50,465 bases of DNA from a virus (Duplodnaviria; Caudoviricetes): IMG/VR virus record IMGVR_UViG_3300020045_004315, positions 1-50,465 of that record. The stretch is one strand, 5' to 3'. Positions within the stretch are counted from its first letter, which is position 1. Each line of letters opens with the position of its first letter. The notes below the pieces were generated by a model. It worked only from the letters and a program-made list of their open reading frames with translations, was not told where the DNA came from and did no database searches. Made by a program: the position numbers and the translations under genes. Below are positions 1 through 7,987 of this stretch, piece by piece.

Positions 1-1
1 T

Positions 2-406
2 CAGTATGAAAACCGAAAAGACAGGCACCCTGAATTTACAAAGGTAAGACACTTTTGTTTTTTGTTCCTTCGCTCACATACATTTTTAAGCCGCCGCCAA
101 ATCGGTCAATACTTCGAAAACGGTCACTCAAATGTTTATACGTGCCTTCAAAAAATGTACGATTGGATTGAAACGGATAAAGAACTGTATAAACAATACA
201 TCGAAATAAAGCACTTATTGCAAAATGTTGAGTTTAAATCTAAAATCACAACCACTTACCAACTATCAACACTTTGGACAAATAGAATCAGGAAGTTAGT
301 TCAAATGGATACCGATATGGCTAATTATGCAATAACCGAAATGAAAGCTAGAATGATTAATTTGGACATTTGGGCGAAGCGGTTTAAATTATCAGATGCT
401 TTATAA
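2..406 (+). CDS. DnaA domain IV-like HTH protein, 5'-truncated by the window edge
   Basis: Frame is open back to base 2 (QYENRKDRHPEFTKVRHFCFLFLRSHTFLSRRQIGQYF..HSNV), matching the R..R/LS...IG..F..H..V pattern of the DnaA C-terminal HTH. Confidence 0.6.
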   Translation, partial: QYENRKDRHPEFTKVRHFCFLFLRSHTFLSRRQIGQYFENGHSNVYTCLQKMYDWIETDKELYKQYIEIKHLLQNVEFKSKITTTYQLSTLWTNRIRKLVQMDTDMANYAITEMKARMINLDIWAKRFKLSDAL

Positions 407-443
407 CATATTTGCCGTATTGATTTAATTTGTAAATTTGAAT

Positions 444-629
444 ATGAAAAAATCAGATTTAAAGATAAAAGAAGTAATCAGGCATACAAAAGCCTCAACT
501 TTAAAGAATGTTTTGGATAAGAGCAAAGAAAGCGGGGTTAATATACATGATTTGCGGGATTATATTTATACCGAATTGGATAAACTGGATTTTGATATTA
601 AGGATAAAGAGGTTTGTTCTTTGAGGTAA
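444..629 (+). CDS. hypothetical protein
   Basis: ORF with ATG at 444; its stop TAA lies within the GGTAAC box that starts the cassette array. Confidence 0.6.
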   Translation: MKKSDLKIKEVIRHTKASTLKNVLDKSKESGVNIHDLRDYIYTELDKLDFDIKDKEVCSLR

Positions 630-747
630 CGTTTGACGGTATCAGCAGTATTTGCATCACAAAAATTAAATTGAAAAACAAATGACGAAATTAGCAGAAA
701 ATAATCCACAAGGCACGGCAAATATTGCTGATGACCGTGTGTTAGCC
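624..747 (-). repeat. attC-like site 1
   Basis: GGTAAC 625-630; arm ACGGTATCAGCAGTATTTGC 636-655 pairs with GCAAATATTGCTGATGACCGT 718-738 (one G.T, one bulged G); GTTAGCC 741-747. Confidence 0.8.
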
Positions 748-981
748 ACCGTTTTTGATTTTAACGAGCGTGTGGTTTGGGATTCAGGATTTGGATATGA
801 AATAGGACACTTTTTAGGTGAAGGTAATTCGTATGATACTTGGTTGATTGATGTGCGAACTGGTTTAATTGTAGAACCTTGTTCGCATTCAAAAAGCGAA
901 GTATTCAAATATACGAACGAGCTTATCAATAAATTAACCGCCAAATATGGTTATGAGAAACGATTCTCGGAGCTGTTTTAA
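682..981 (+). CDS. cassette A hypothetical protein (starts inside the attC-like loop)
   Basis: 99 aa ORF; ATG follows an A-rich stretch at 661-681. Confidence 0.7.
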   Translation: MTKLAENNPQGTANIADDRVLATVFDFNERVVWDSGFGYEIGHFLGEGNSYDTWLIDVRTGLIVEPCSHSKSEVFKYTNELINKLTAKYGYEKRFSELF

Positions 982-987
982 AATGGT

Positions 988-1112
988 GGCTAACGATTTG
1001 CATAAGAGCAGAAAGGAATGCAGTGGATGTATTAGGTACTGTAAATTCAATCCGAAGCCACTAAACAAAAGGTTATATAGTAACGCCTTTTTGCTTTTAT
1101 GCTTGGTTATGC
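988..1112 (-). repeat. attC-like site 2
   Basis: GGCTAAC 988-994; GCATAAGAGCAGAAAGG 1000-1016 pairs with CCTTTTTGCTTTTATGC 1086-1102 (two G.T); GTTATGC 1106-1112. Confidence 0.8.
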
Positions 1113-1152
1113 TTTCGTGCTTTAATTAAATTTTAAACCTAAAACTGATATT

Positions 1153-1395
1153 ATGATACAAAAAGTAGAAATGTTTACAGTAAAATGCGATAACTGCGGT
1201 AAGTTATACGAAGATGAACACCAAGGATTTTGTGCTTGGAATTACGAAGGAGCGGCATGGGAATATGCAAGCGAAGAAAATTGGATTAGAGAAGATGATA
1301 AACATTATTGCCCTGATTGCTATGAATATGATGAAGATGATATTTTAACTATAAAACCAGTTAAAAGCAATGCCGCTTCACAGCATGAAGCATAA
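1153..1395 (+). CDS. cassette B small zinc-binding protein
   Basis: CDNC ... HYCPDC pairs; acidic, 80 aa. Confidence 0.75.
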   Translation: MIQKVEMFTVKCDNCGKLYEDEHQGFCAWNYEGAAWEYASEENWIREDDKHYCPDCYEYDEDDILTIKPVKSNAASQHEA

Positions 1396-1519
1396 CGTTA
1401 AATGTTTGAAACGTAGGCGAGATTGAAAACGCTTACCTATCCACCAATACAGGACTTAAATAGAATTACAAATATTAATAACCGCACTAACCGCCTATGT
1501 TTTAAACACTTTGTTAGGC
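1390..1519 (-). repeat. attC-like site 3
   Basis: GCATAAC 1390-1396; TGTTTGAAACGTAGGCG 1403-1419 pairs with CGCCTATGTTTTAAACA 1492-1508 (two G.T); GTTAGGC 1513-1519. Confidence 0.85.
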
Positions 1520-1544
1520 GTATGTGCTTTTAAATCTAAAATTT

Positions 1545-1751
1545 ATGACACAAGAACAAAAGACACAATTGATTCAGGATTTCGCAACAGCAATTAATAA
1601 AGTTAGTGCTGAAAATAACAGTAATACTCCTGATTTTATTTTAGCAAATTATTTAGTAATGTGCCTAGAAAATTTCGACCATATTACAAATATGCGTAAT
1701 GATTGGTATAAACCAAACATAGGTTATGAACCATGCACGAATGTCTGTTAG
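1545..1751 (+). CDS. cassette C small phage protein (ENNSNTPDFILANYL motif)
   Basis: ATG at 1545 after an A/T-rich leader; the motif resembles a recurring small phage protein family of unknown function. Confidence 0.7.
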   Translation: MTQEQKTQLIQDFATAINKVSAENNSNTPDFILANYLVMCLENFDHITNMRNDWYKPNIGYEPCTNVC

Positions 1752-1757
1752 CATTAC

Positions 1758-1836
1758 GCCTAACGATACGTATAAACTCAAGTTACTTTGGCGGTGTGTG
1801 AGCCTGTGGGGTAATTTGGTTTATACGAGGTTACCG
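1758..1836 (-). repeat. attC-like site 4
   Basis: GCCTAAC 1758-1764; CGTATAAACTCAAGTTAC 1769-1786 pairs with GTAATTTGGTTTATACG 1811-1827 (one G.T, one bulge); GTTACCG 1830-1836. Confidence 0.8.
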
Positions 1837-1870
1837 CCAGTATTTTGTTAAACATTTTAAAATTAAAATT

Positions 1871-2167
1871 ATGTCAAAAATTAAAAAAGTAGAATACAAG
1901 CATGATGGTAAAGTTTTTAAAACTCAATACCTATATTGGTGTAATGGATGTGGTTATGAACATGCTTTTGCATTAAGAAGCGAACAGGGACATCATGATT
2001 TTAATATGGATTTGGATAATCCAACAGTATCGCCCTCATTATTACAAAACTTTACTCCGGGTAAATTGTGTCACTCATTTATCAAAGAAGGTAAAATTCA
2101 ATATTTATCAGATTGTCAACATCACTTAGCAGGACAAGCAATCGAGTTACCTGAGTATCCGTCTTAA
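1871..2167 (+). CDS. cassette D Cys/His metal-binding protein (DUF6527-like)
   Basis: WCNGCGYEH, PTVSPSLL, CHSF..G.IQYL.DC.H.LAGQ motifs. Confidence 0.7.
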   Translation: MSKIKKVEYKHDGKVFKTQYLYWCNGCGYEHAFALRSEQGHHDFNMDLDNPTVSPSLLQNFTPGKLCHSFIKEGKIQYLSDCQHHLAGQAIELPEYPS

Positions 2168-2231
2168 TATTGGCGGTAACACTTGTATATACCCAACTCA
2201 TGTATAACAAATCGACATTAACTAATTGATT

Positions 2232-2333
2232 ATGAAACTAAAACTAATCCTCAACTACATCTTTGTTTACGGAATTATTATTATTTTAGCTGTAATAATG
2301 GTAAAGGCGTTTTTATTTGCAATGAACAATTGA
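2232..2333 (+). CDS. small single-TM protein (33 aa)
   Basis: Read manually: MKLKLILNYIFVYGIIIILAVIMVKAFLFAMNN; stop overlaps the next start. Confidence 0.4.
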   Translation: MKLKLILNYIFVYGIIIILAVIMVKAFLFAMNN

Positions 2334-2575
2334 AACTGCTAATAATCATATTAACCCTAATACCGTTAAAAACGATTGATAATAGCAAAATAACGGTTAT
2401 AATATCAAAAATGAATGCTTATACCGATTTAATAGAAAAGTATCAAAAAACAGCCTTATATAGAGGCGAGAATAGAAACTCAAAAGCTAAAAGAATCCGA
2501 TTGATGAAAAGAAAGGTATTTGTAATCGAATACAATATGCTTAGTAGAAATATTGATATAGATAGTATGAAATAA
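2330..2575 (+). CDS. hypothetical protein with hydrophobic N-terminus
   Basis: ORF track. Confidence 0.45.
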   Translation: MKLLIIILTLIPLKTIDNSKITVIISKMNAYTDLIEKYQKTALYRGENRNSKAKRIRLMKRKVFVIEYNMLSRNIDIDSMK

Positions 2576-2587
2576 CAAAAAATTCAT

Positions 2588-2595
2588 TATATTTG
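2588..2595 (+). promoter_or_regulatory. Bacteroidota -7 promoter element (TAnnTTTG)
   Basis: TATATTTG upstream of the structured leader and HNH gene. Confidence 0.5.
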
Positions 2596-2705
2596 TAATG
2601 CTTATTCAACTATATGAAAACATTAAAAAATCCCGTCACTTACACTGTCAAAATAGCTAAACAGCTAAGTTGAATAAGCCTTTGTATTTGACGGGTGTTT
2701 TTATT

Positions 2706-3227
2706 ATGGAAAATCAAGAAGAAATTTGGAGGGATGTAAAAGGATTTGAAGGTTCATACCAAGTTAGTAGTTTAGGTAGAATTAAATCATTAAAAAGAAA
2801 AGTTAAGAAATTGGATGGTGAGCGAACGGTAAATGAAAAGATATTTACAGAAAGATTGAATACGGGGAAATATTATACAGTTGGTTTATATAAGAATAAA
2901 AAATATTATACATTTCAAGTTCATCAATTGGTAGCTATTGCATTTTTGAATCACACCCCAAATGGATATGATATGGTGGTAAATCATAAAAATTTTATAA
3001 GGACTGATAATAGAATTGATAACTTGGAAATAATAACAAATAGAGAAAATACAAATAATAAACACATACCTCATTCATCACAATATACAGGTGTTTGGTG
3101 GTGTAAATGTGCTAAAAAATGGACAGCTAAAATATGGATAAATAAAAAACAAAAACACTTAGGGTATTTTAAAAATGAAGACGATGCACACTTAGCATAC
3201 GAAAATGAATTAAACAAAATGCAATAA
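2706..3227 (+). CDS. NUMOD4-HNH-AP2 homing endonuclease-like protein
   Basis: EIWRDVKGFEGSYQVSSLGRIKS (NUMOD4); VHQLVA..F..VNHKNFIRTDNRIDNLE (HNH); YTGV..KWTAKI..HLGYF..E.DA..AY (AP2). Confidence 0.9.
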   Translation: MENQEEIWRDVKGFEGSYQVSSLGRIKSLKRKVKKLDGERTVNEKIFTERLNTGKYYTVGLYKNKKYYTFQVHQLVAIAFLNHTPNGYDMVVNHKNFIRTDNRIDNLEIITNRENTNNKHIPHSSQYTGVWWCKCAKKWTAKIWINKKQKHLGYFKNEDDAHLAYENELNKMQ

Positions 3228-3451
3228 TGAAAGCCATAATAATAAGCCACCTGGTAATCCTTAAATCAAACCCTACTTTTAAGCAACTCAAAGAACTTGA
3301 ACAGCTTGTTAAGTCCGATGACATCAAAAACAACGGAAAAATAATCGTTAAATGTGATTTTCAAGGCATTTACAAAGAAGTAAAAAAAGATGTTGCAAAA
3401 ATATTCGATATAAAAACAAGTTTAATTTACTTAACAACTACGGAAATATGA
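3227..3451 (+). CDS. hypothetical protein
   Basis: Translationally coupled ORF. Confidence 0.6.
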   Translation: MKAIIISHLVILKSNPTFKQLKELEQLVKSDDIKNNGKIIVKCDFQGIYKEVKKDVAKIFDIKTSLIYLTTTEI

Positions 3452-3852
3452 AAGCAAATGAATTAAGGATTGGAAACATTGCTTCTGATGCTATGTTCAG
3501 ATATGGGATTTCTGAAATATCCCATAGAATTATTAAAGGATTTTCAACTATGGATGGAAAAGAGGTTTACCCTGATACTTTATATAGTATAAGTATTGAA
3601 AATTTACAGGGTATTCCATTAACCGAAGAATGGCTTTTAAAGTTAGGATTTAAGTTAACAATAGGTTGTACCACTATTTATGAGTTGCGGTTTGGGCAAT
3701 GTCATTTTATTCAAATACAAACAAAAGATCTAAAATTTAGGATTATTGTAGATGCTCAATTTGCTTTTCCTTTTCCAGGCCCCATTGAGTTTGCCCACCA
3801 ACTCCAAAACTTATATTTTGCACTCACCGGCGAGGAACTAACCATCAAATAA
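3448..3852 (+). CDS. conserved Bacteroidota phage hypothetical protein
   Basis: MKANELRIGN...IPLTEEWLLKLGF...HQLQNLYFALTGEEL signature. Confidence 0.8.
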   Translation: MKANELRIGNIASDAMFRYGISEISHRIIKGFSTMDGKEVYPDTLYSISIENLQGIPLTEEWLLKLGFKLTIGCTTIYELRFGQCHFIQIQTKDLKFRIIVDAQFAFPFPGPIEFAHQLQNLYFALTGEELTIK

Positions 3853-3853
3853 A

Positions 3854-4411
3854 ATGGCATCCGACACAATAAGCTTTCGTGAATTTGCCAGACGTTTGGA
3901 AGTCGGAGAAAAAACAATTCGAGACGGTATCAGAACGGGCAAAATTTCAAAGGGTGTTACCTATGAATCAGGAAAGCCGAAAATCATTTATGAGATTGCA
4001 AAATTAGAAGCTGCGGAGGCTGGACTAGGAAACAAGATTCTCGCAACAAAAGCGATTTCAACTCCACCACCAAAAGACAAAGAACACCATCAGGATAATT
4101 CGTTTATCGATGCTTCAGGAATGACAGACTATCAATCTGCATTACGGAAAAAGATAAACTACGAAGCCAAAATAAAGGAACTCGAATTCAAAGAAAAGGA
4201 AGGGACTTTAGTAAACAAGAAAGAAGTCTATTCTCAATTGTTCGACTTTGGAAAAGAAATCAGGACCGAACTTGAATCAATGCAAAGTAAACTTTCTCCA
4301 AAACTCATCGGATTAAGTGACATTACAAAGATCAATGAAATCATTGCTATTGAAGTTCGGAACTCATTGAATAAGCTTTTTAATGATTTGGGAGGTAAGA
4401 AAATATGCTAG
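3854..4411 (+). CDS. terminase small subunit (Nu1-like)
   Basis: N-terminal HTH, KELEFKEKEGTLV coiled segment, overlaps the large terminase start. Confidence 0.75.
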   Translation: MASDTISFREFARRLEVGEKTIRDGIRTGKISKGVTYESGKPKIIYEIAKLEAAEAGLGNKILATKAISTPPPKDKEHHQDNSFIDASGMTDYQSALRKKINYEAKIKELEFKEKEGTLVNKKEVYSQLFDFGKEIRTELESMQSKLSPKLIGLSDITKINEIIAIEVRNSLNKLFNDLGGKKIC

Positions 4412-6234
4412 ACTTACTCGAAGGTTTATTCGATGGCATGAAGCCCACAGAGATAATCACAGTCTCTCAATGGGCTGAAAAATATCGTTTCCTTTCACCT
4501 GAAGCATCCTTTTTGGGCGGTTCGCTTTATTCATGTTCTGTCACTCCTTATGCAAAAAAGATCATGGATTGCCTTTCGGTTTATTCACCTTACAAAGAAG
4601 TTGTTTTCTGCAAATCATCTCAAACCGGCGGCACTGAAATCGGAAATAATTGGCTGGGTTATATCATGCATATTTGCCCGGGGCCAACGTTAATGCTAAT
4701 GCCAACAGATTCCACGGTTGAGAGAAATTCTAAAATAAGAATCGATCCAATGATTGCGCACTCCAAAGAACTATCTGAACGGGTAGCTCCAAAGAAATCA
4801 AGGGACGGCGACAACACCATAAATCAAAAACGATTTCCCGGTGGTGTGCTTTACATGGGAGGCGCAAACTCCCCCGCAGTATTAAAATCAATTCCCGTTC
4901 GGTTTGTGATGCTCGATGAGGTTGACGAATATCCATCTGACTTAGGAGGTCAGGGCTCAGCCGATGGACTGGCAAAAGTAAGAACCAGAATGTTTCCGAA
5001 TAGGAAAATCTACTATGTTTCGACTCCGACCATTGAAGGTGTTTCCCTTATTCAAAGAAAGTTTTTAGAGACTGACCAGAATTATTATGAGGTGCCATGT
5101 CCGTATTGCGGAGTATTTCAAAAGCTAAAATTCGAGCAATTGAAATGGGAAGACGGTAATGAAGATGATGTAAAATATCAATGCATTCACTGTAAAGAAC
5201 TCATCGAAGAAAGACACAAAACGGAAATGCTGGCACTCGGCGACTGGGTACCTGAAATAAAAAACAAAGTCAGTAACAAAAGAATAGGCTTTCATATCAA
5301 TTCCCTTTACGCACCCACGGCATTTTTCAGATGGTCAGAAATAGTCGAGGAATATCAAAAGGCGAAGGATGATCCGAATGAAATGAAAGTTTTTGTTAAT
5401 ACTATCCTTGGGGAAACCTGGGCCGAAACTTCAGAAGCTCCCAAATTTGAAAACCTTTACAACCGTAGAGAGGAATATAAAGTCAACAAAGATATTCCAA
5501 ATGAAGTATGTTTTTTAACTGCCGGCGTAGATATTCAGAAAGACCGAATCGAACTTGAAATAGTTGGATGGTGTAAAGACAAACAGAGCTATTCAATAGA
5601 TTACCGGGTATTGGTTGGAAAGACGGCGCTCCCTGAAGTATGGGCCGAACTTGACAAAGTTGCTTTAGAAACATGGACACGAAAGGATAATCTCGAAATG
5701 TCAATTAAGCTTATGGCTGTGGATAGTGGAGCTTACACAAGTGAGGTTTATGCATGGTGTCGAACGCATCCGGTAACAAAAGTAATACCTATCAAAGGTC
5801 GGGACAATCTCGGTATGGCATACGCACCACCAAAACAGATAGATTTCAGGATGAACGGCAAAAAAGTAGGAAAAGTTAAGATCTGGAATGTCGGTTCAAC
5901 CTATCTAAAACATGAGCTTTATTCATGGCTAGGAATTGAAAAGACAGAAATCTCACAACCTTGCTATTGTCATTTTCCCCAATATGATCAGCATTTCTTT
6001 CAGTCCATAACCGCAGAAGATTGGATTCCCGCAAAAAAGCAATGGAAAAAACGGTATGAACGAAACGAAGCTTTAGACTGCCGTGTCTATGCCCGTGCCG
6101 CCTCTGTTATCGTTGGACTTGACAGAATGAAGCCGGAACAAATCGAAGCCTTATCCGGAAACACCTATTCACAGGCCAGTAAAATCAAACATGAAGAGGT
6201 AAAAAAGAAAAGAAGTTCGGAAAGCATTTGGTAA
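4405..6234 (+). CDS. terminase large subunit, GpA family
   Basis: KSSQTGGTE Walker A variant, LDEVD Walker B, STPT, CPYC..CIHC, TAGVDIQ, RNEALDC. Confidence 0.95.
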   Translation: MLDLLEGLFDGMKPTEIITVSQWAEKYRFLSPEASFLGGSLYSCSVTPYAKKIMDCLSVYSPYKEVVFCKSSQTGGTEIGNNWLGYIMHICPGPTLMLMPTDSTVERNSKIRIDPMIAHSKELSERVAPKKSRDGDNTINQKRFPGGVLYMGGANSPAVLKSIPVRFVMLDEVDEYPSDLGGQGSADGLAKVRTRMFPNRKIYYVSTPTIEGVSLIQRKFLETDQNYYEVPCPYCGVFQKLKFEQLKWEDGNEDDVKYQCIHCKELIEERHKTEMLALGDWVPEIKNKVSNKRIGFHINSLYAPTAFFRWSEIVEEYQKAKDDPNEMKVFVNTILGETWAETSEAPKFENLYNRREEYKVNKDIPNEVCFLTAGVDIQKDRIELEIVGWCKDKQSYSIDYRVLVGKTALPEVWAELDKVALETWTRKDNLEMSIKLMAVDSGAYTSEVYAWCRTHPVTKVIPIKGRDNLGMAYAPPKQIDFRMNGKKVGKVKIWNVGSTYLKHELYSWLGIEKTEISQPCYCHFPQYDQHFFQSITAEDWIPAKKQWKKRYERNEALDCRVYARAASVIVGLDRMKPEQIEALSGNTYSQASKIKHEEVKKKRSSESIW

Positions 6235-6298
6235 GAAAATATATTTTTTCTCATATTTTAAGTAAAAAAGTACCGAAATACTTTAAATGTTAAAAATA

Positions 6299-6312
6299 TT
6301 TGTATTATTGAA
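6299..6312 (+). promoter_or_regulatory. putative late promoter motif TTTGTATTATTGAA, copy 1
   Basis: Identical 14-mer also at 17777 and 48234, each about 15 nt upstream of a structural gene start. Confidence 0.65.
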
Positions 6313-6327
6313 TAAATTCTTTTTACG

Positions 6328-6558
6328 GTGGCATATACAATAGATCAGCTTAACACTCTTCAGGCGGCAATTGCTTCAGGTGCAAACACGGTAAAATACG
6401 GTGACAAAACAGTCATCTACAATTCATTAACCGAAATGTTAAGGGCCGAAAGTATCATGAAAGCTGAATTATTTCCATCTCAGGCACCATCCCGGCGCAA
6501 ATTTGCAGAATTTACAAAAGGAACAATACCTCAATCAGATACGAATGAAATTTATTGA
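6328..6558 (+). CDS. gpW-like head-tail joining protein
   Basis: L.AAIASG...V.YGDKTV.Y.SL.EM; lies between terminase and portal. Confidence 0.85.
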   Translation: MAYTIDQLNTLQAAIASGANTVKYGDKTVIYNSLTEMLRAESIMKAELFPSQAPSRRKFAEFTKGTIPQSDTNEIY

Positions 6559-7987
6559 TAAAACAATAGAATGGATCAGTCCTGAATGGGGATTAAAAAG
6601 GGCAATAGCCCGTGAAAGGTTTCGTTCTTTTGATGCTGCAACGTTAGGCCGCCGTGGAAAATCAATGGAACAATCACGAAACACCGGGCCAAATCTTGAA
6701 ATCTCACAAGCTTTAACGATCTTAAGATCCCGTTCCCGTGGATTTGTACGAAATAACGGATGGGCAAAAAGAGCAATTCAGGCAATTTCAAATAATACCG
6801 TTGGCGAAGGAATAAGACCGGCGCCCATCGGAACCAAAAACCAAGTAAGGAAAGTTAAAACCATTTGGAAAGCCTGGGCCGAATCTACCCAGTGCGATTG
6901 GTACGAAAAGAATACTTTTTACGGTTTGCAAAAACTTGCAATGAAAGAAATTGCAGAAGGCGGCGAGGTACTCATCATTAAGCGCCGTGTTCAACCAACA
7001 AAGGCCAATCCAATCCCTATAAAATTACAACTTTTGGAAGGTGATCAGCTTGACCATACCAGAGATACAACTTCTGACGAACAAGGCGGTTATTGTAGGC
7101 TTGGCGTGAAGTATGACAAAGAAGGTCGGCTACTTGGTTATTATGTTTTCGACAATCATCCTACGGACGGAGGAGGTTTCTTTACAAAACTTCAAAGCAC
7201 TTTCATAGAAAAATCAGAATGCTTACACGCTTTTGAAATATTAAGGATTGGTCAGGTCAGAGGTATTCCGATGGGTATTGCTGCATTCTTGAAGATGTCC
7301 GATTTCTCAGATTACGAAGATGCTCAGTTAATACGTCAAAAGGTAGCTGCCTGTTTTACTGCATTCGTAACAGGTGACGAAATAGCCAATCCATCCGATC
7401 CTTTGGAACGTGTTGAACCCGGAATAATTCAATATTTAAAATCAGGGGAAACGGTTTCTTTCGGCAATCCTCCCCCGGCTGATGGTTATGACCCTTATAC
7501 TACCCGAATACTTCAGGGAATTGCAGTTGCCTACGGTATCACTTATGAAATGATTTCAGGCGACTATTCGAAGGTAAATTTCTCATCCGGTAGAATGGCT
7601 CAATTGAACGTGATTGACAATTTCAAGGAATGGCAATACAACATGTTAGTCCCTCAGATTTGCGTTCCTGCATGGTCTTGGTTTATGGATGCCGCTGTTA
7701 TGGCTGGTTTGATTTCGGGAAAACTCGAATGTTCCTGCACTGACTGGACAGCTCCAAGAATTAAACAGCTTGATCCAGTTAAAGAAACAACCGCAAGGAT
7801 ATTACAAATTCAATCAGGATTAAATACCATTTCGGAATGCTTACGCGAAGATGGCCGGGATCCTGAGGAGTTCTTTGAAGAATATAAATCCGATATGGAC
7901 AGGCTTAAAGAGCTTGGAATTACAGTTTCATCAATCATTTTACCTCAAATAATCGAACCAAATAATAATAACAATGCCAGCAACTAA
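6545..7987 (+). CDS. lambda-family portal protein
   Basis: LRSRSR..VRNN, GQVRGIP, GITYEMISGDYSKVNFSSGR, DPVKE; ATG at 6545 preferred. Confidence 0.95.
   Translation: MKFIDKTIEWISPEWGLKRAIARERFRSFDAATLGRRGKSMEQSRNTGPNLEISQALTILRSRSRGFVRNNGWAKRAIQAISNNTVGEGIRPAPIGTKNQVRKVKTIWKAWAESTQCDWYEKNTFYGLQKLAMKEIAEGGEVLIIKRRVQPTKANPIPIKLQLLEGDQLDHTRDTTSDEQGGYCRLGVKYDKEGRLLGYYVFDNHPTDGGGFFTKLQSTFIEKSECLHAFEILRIGQVRGIPMGIAAFLKMSDFSDYEDAQLIRQKVAACFTAFVTGDEIANPSDPLERVEPGIIQYLKSGETVSFGNPPPADGYDPYTTRILQGIAVAYGITYEMISGDYSKVNFSSGRMAQLNVIDNFKEWQYNMLVPQICVPAWSWFMDAAVMAGLISGKLECSCTDWTAPRIKQLDPVKETTARILQIQSGLNTISECLREDGRDPEEFFEEYKSDMDRLKELGITVSSIILPQIIEPNNNNNASN

Larger units (their letters stand above)
625..2180. 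mobile_element. integron-like gene cassette array (4 cassettes, CALIN-like, no adjacent integrase)
   Basis: Four ORFs, each bracketed by a cassette-specific ~15 bp inverted repeat GTTA.../...TAAC, alternate with four long imperfect hairpins of the form TAAC-stem-loop-stem-GTTA. Confidence 0.8.

Noticed and set aside
400-440. TTATAAC at the stop of the first ORF as a fifth attC-like site
   Set aside because: No stem or closing GTTA follows, and ORF 444-629 lacks a matching GTTACCTC left box
947-1129. 60 aa ORF spanning hairpin 2
   Set aside because: Overlaps ORF A, crosses the predicted crossover and is mostly attC-like sequence; probably incidental
625-2180. CRISPR array or simple terminators as an explanation of the periodic hairpins
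   Set aside because: Repeats are not identical, the units contain whole ORFs, the hairpins lack proper U-tracts, and one is crossed by an ORF
2706-3227. HNH as part of a group I intron or intein
   Set aside because: No interrupted host gene flanks it, and it has its own promoter and leader
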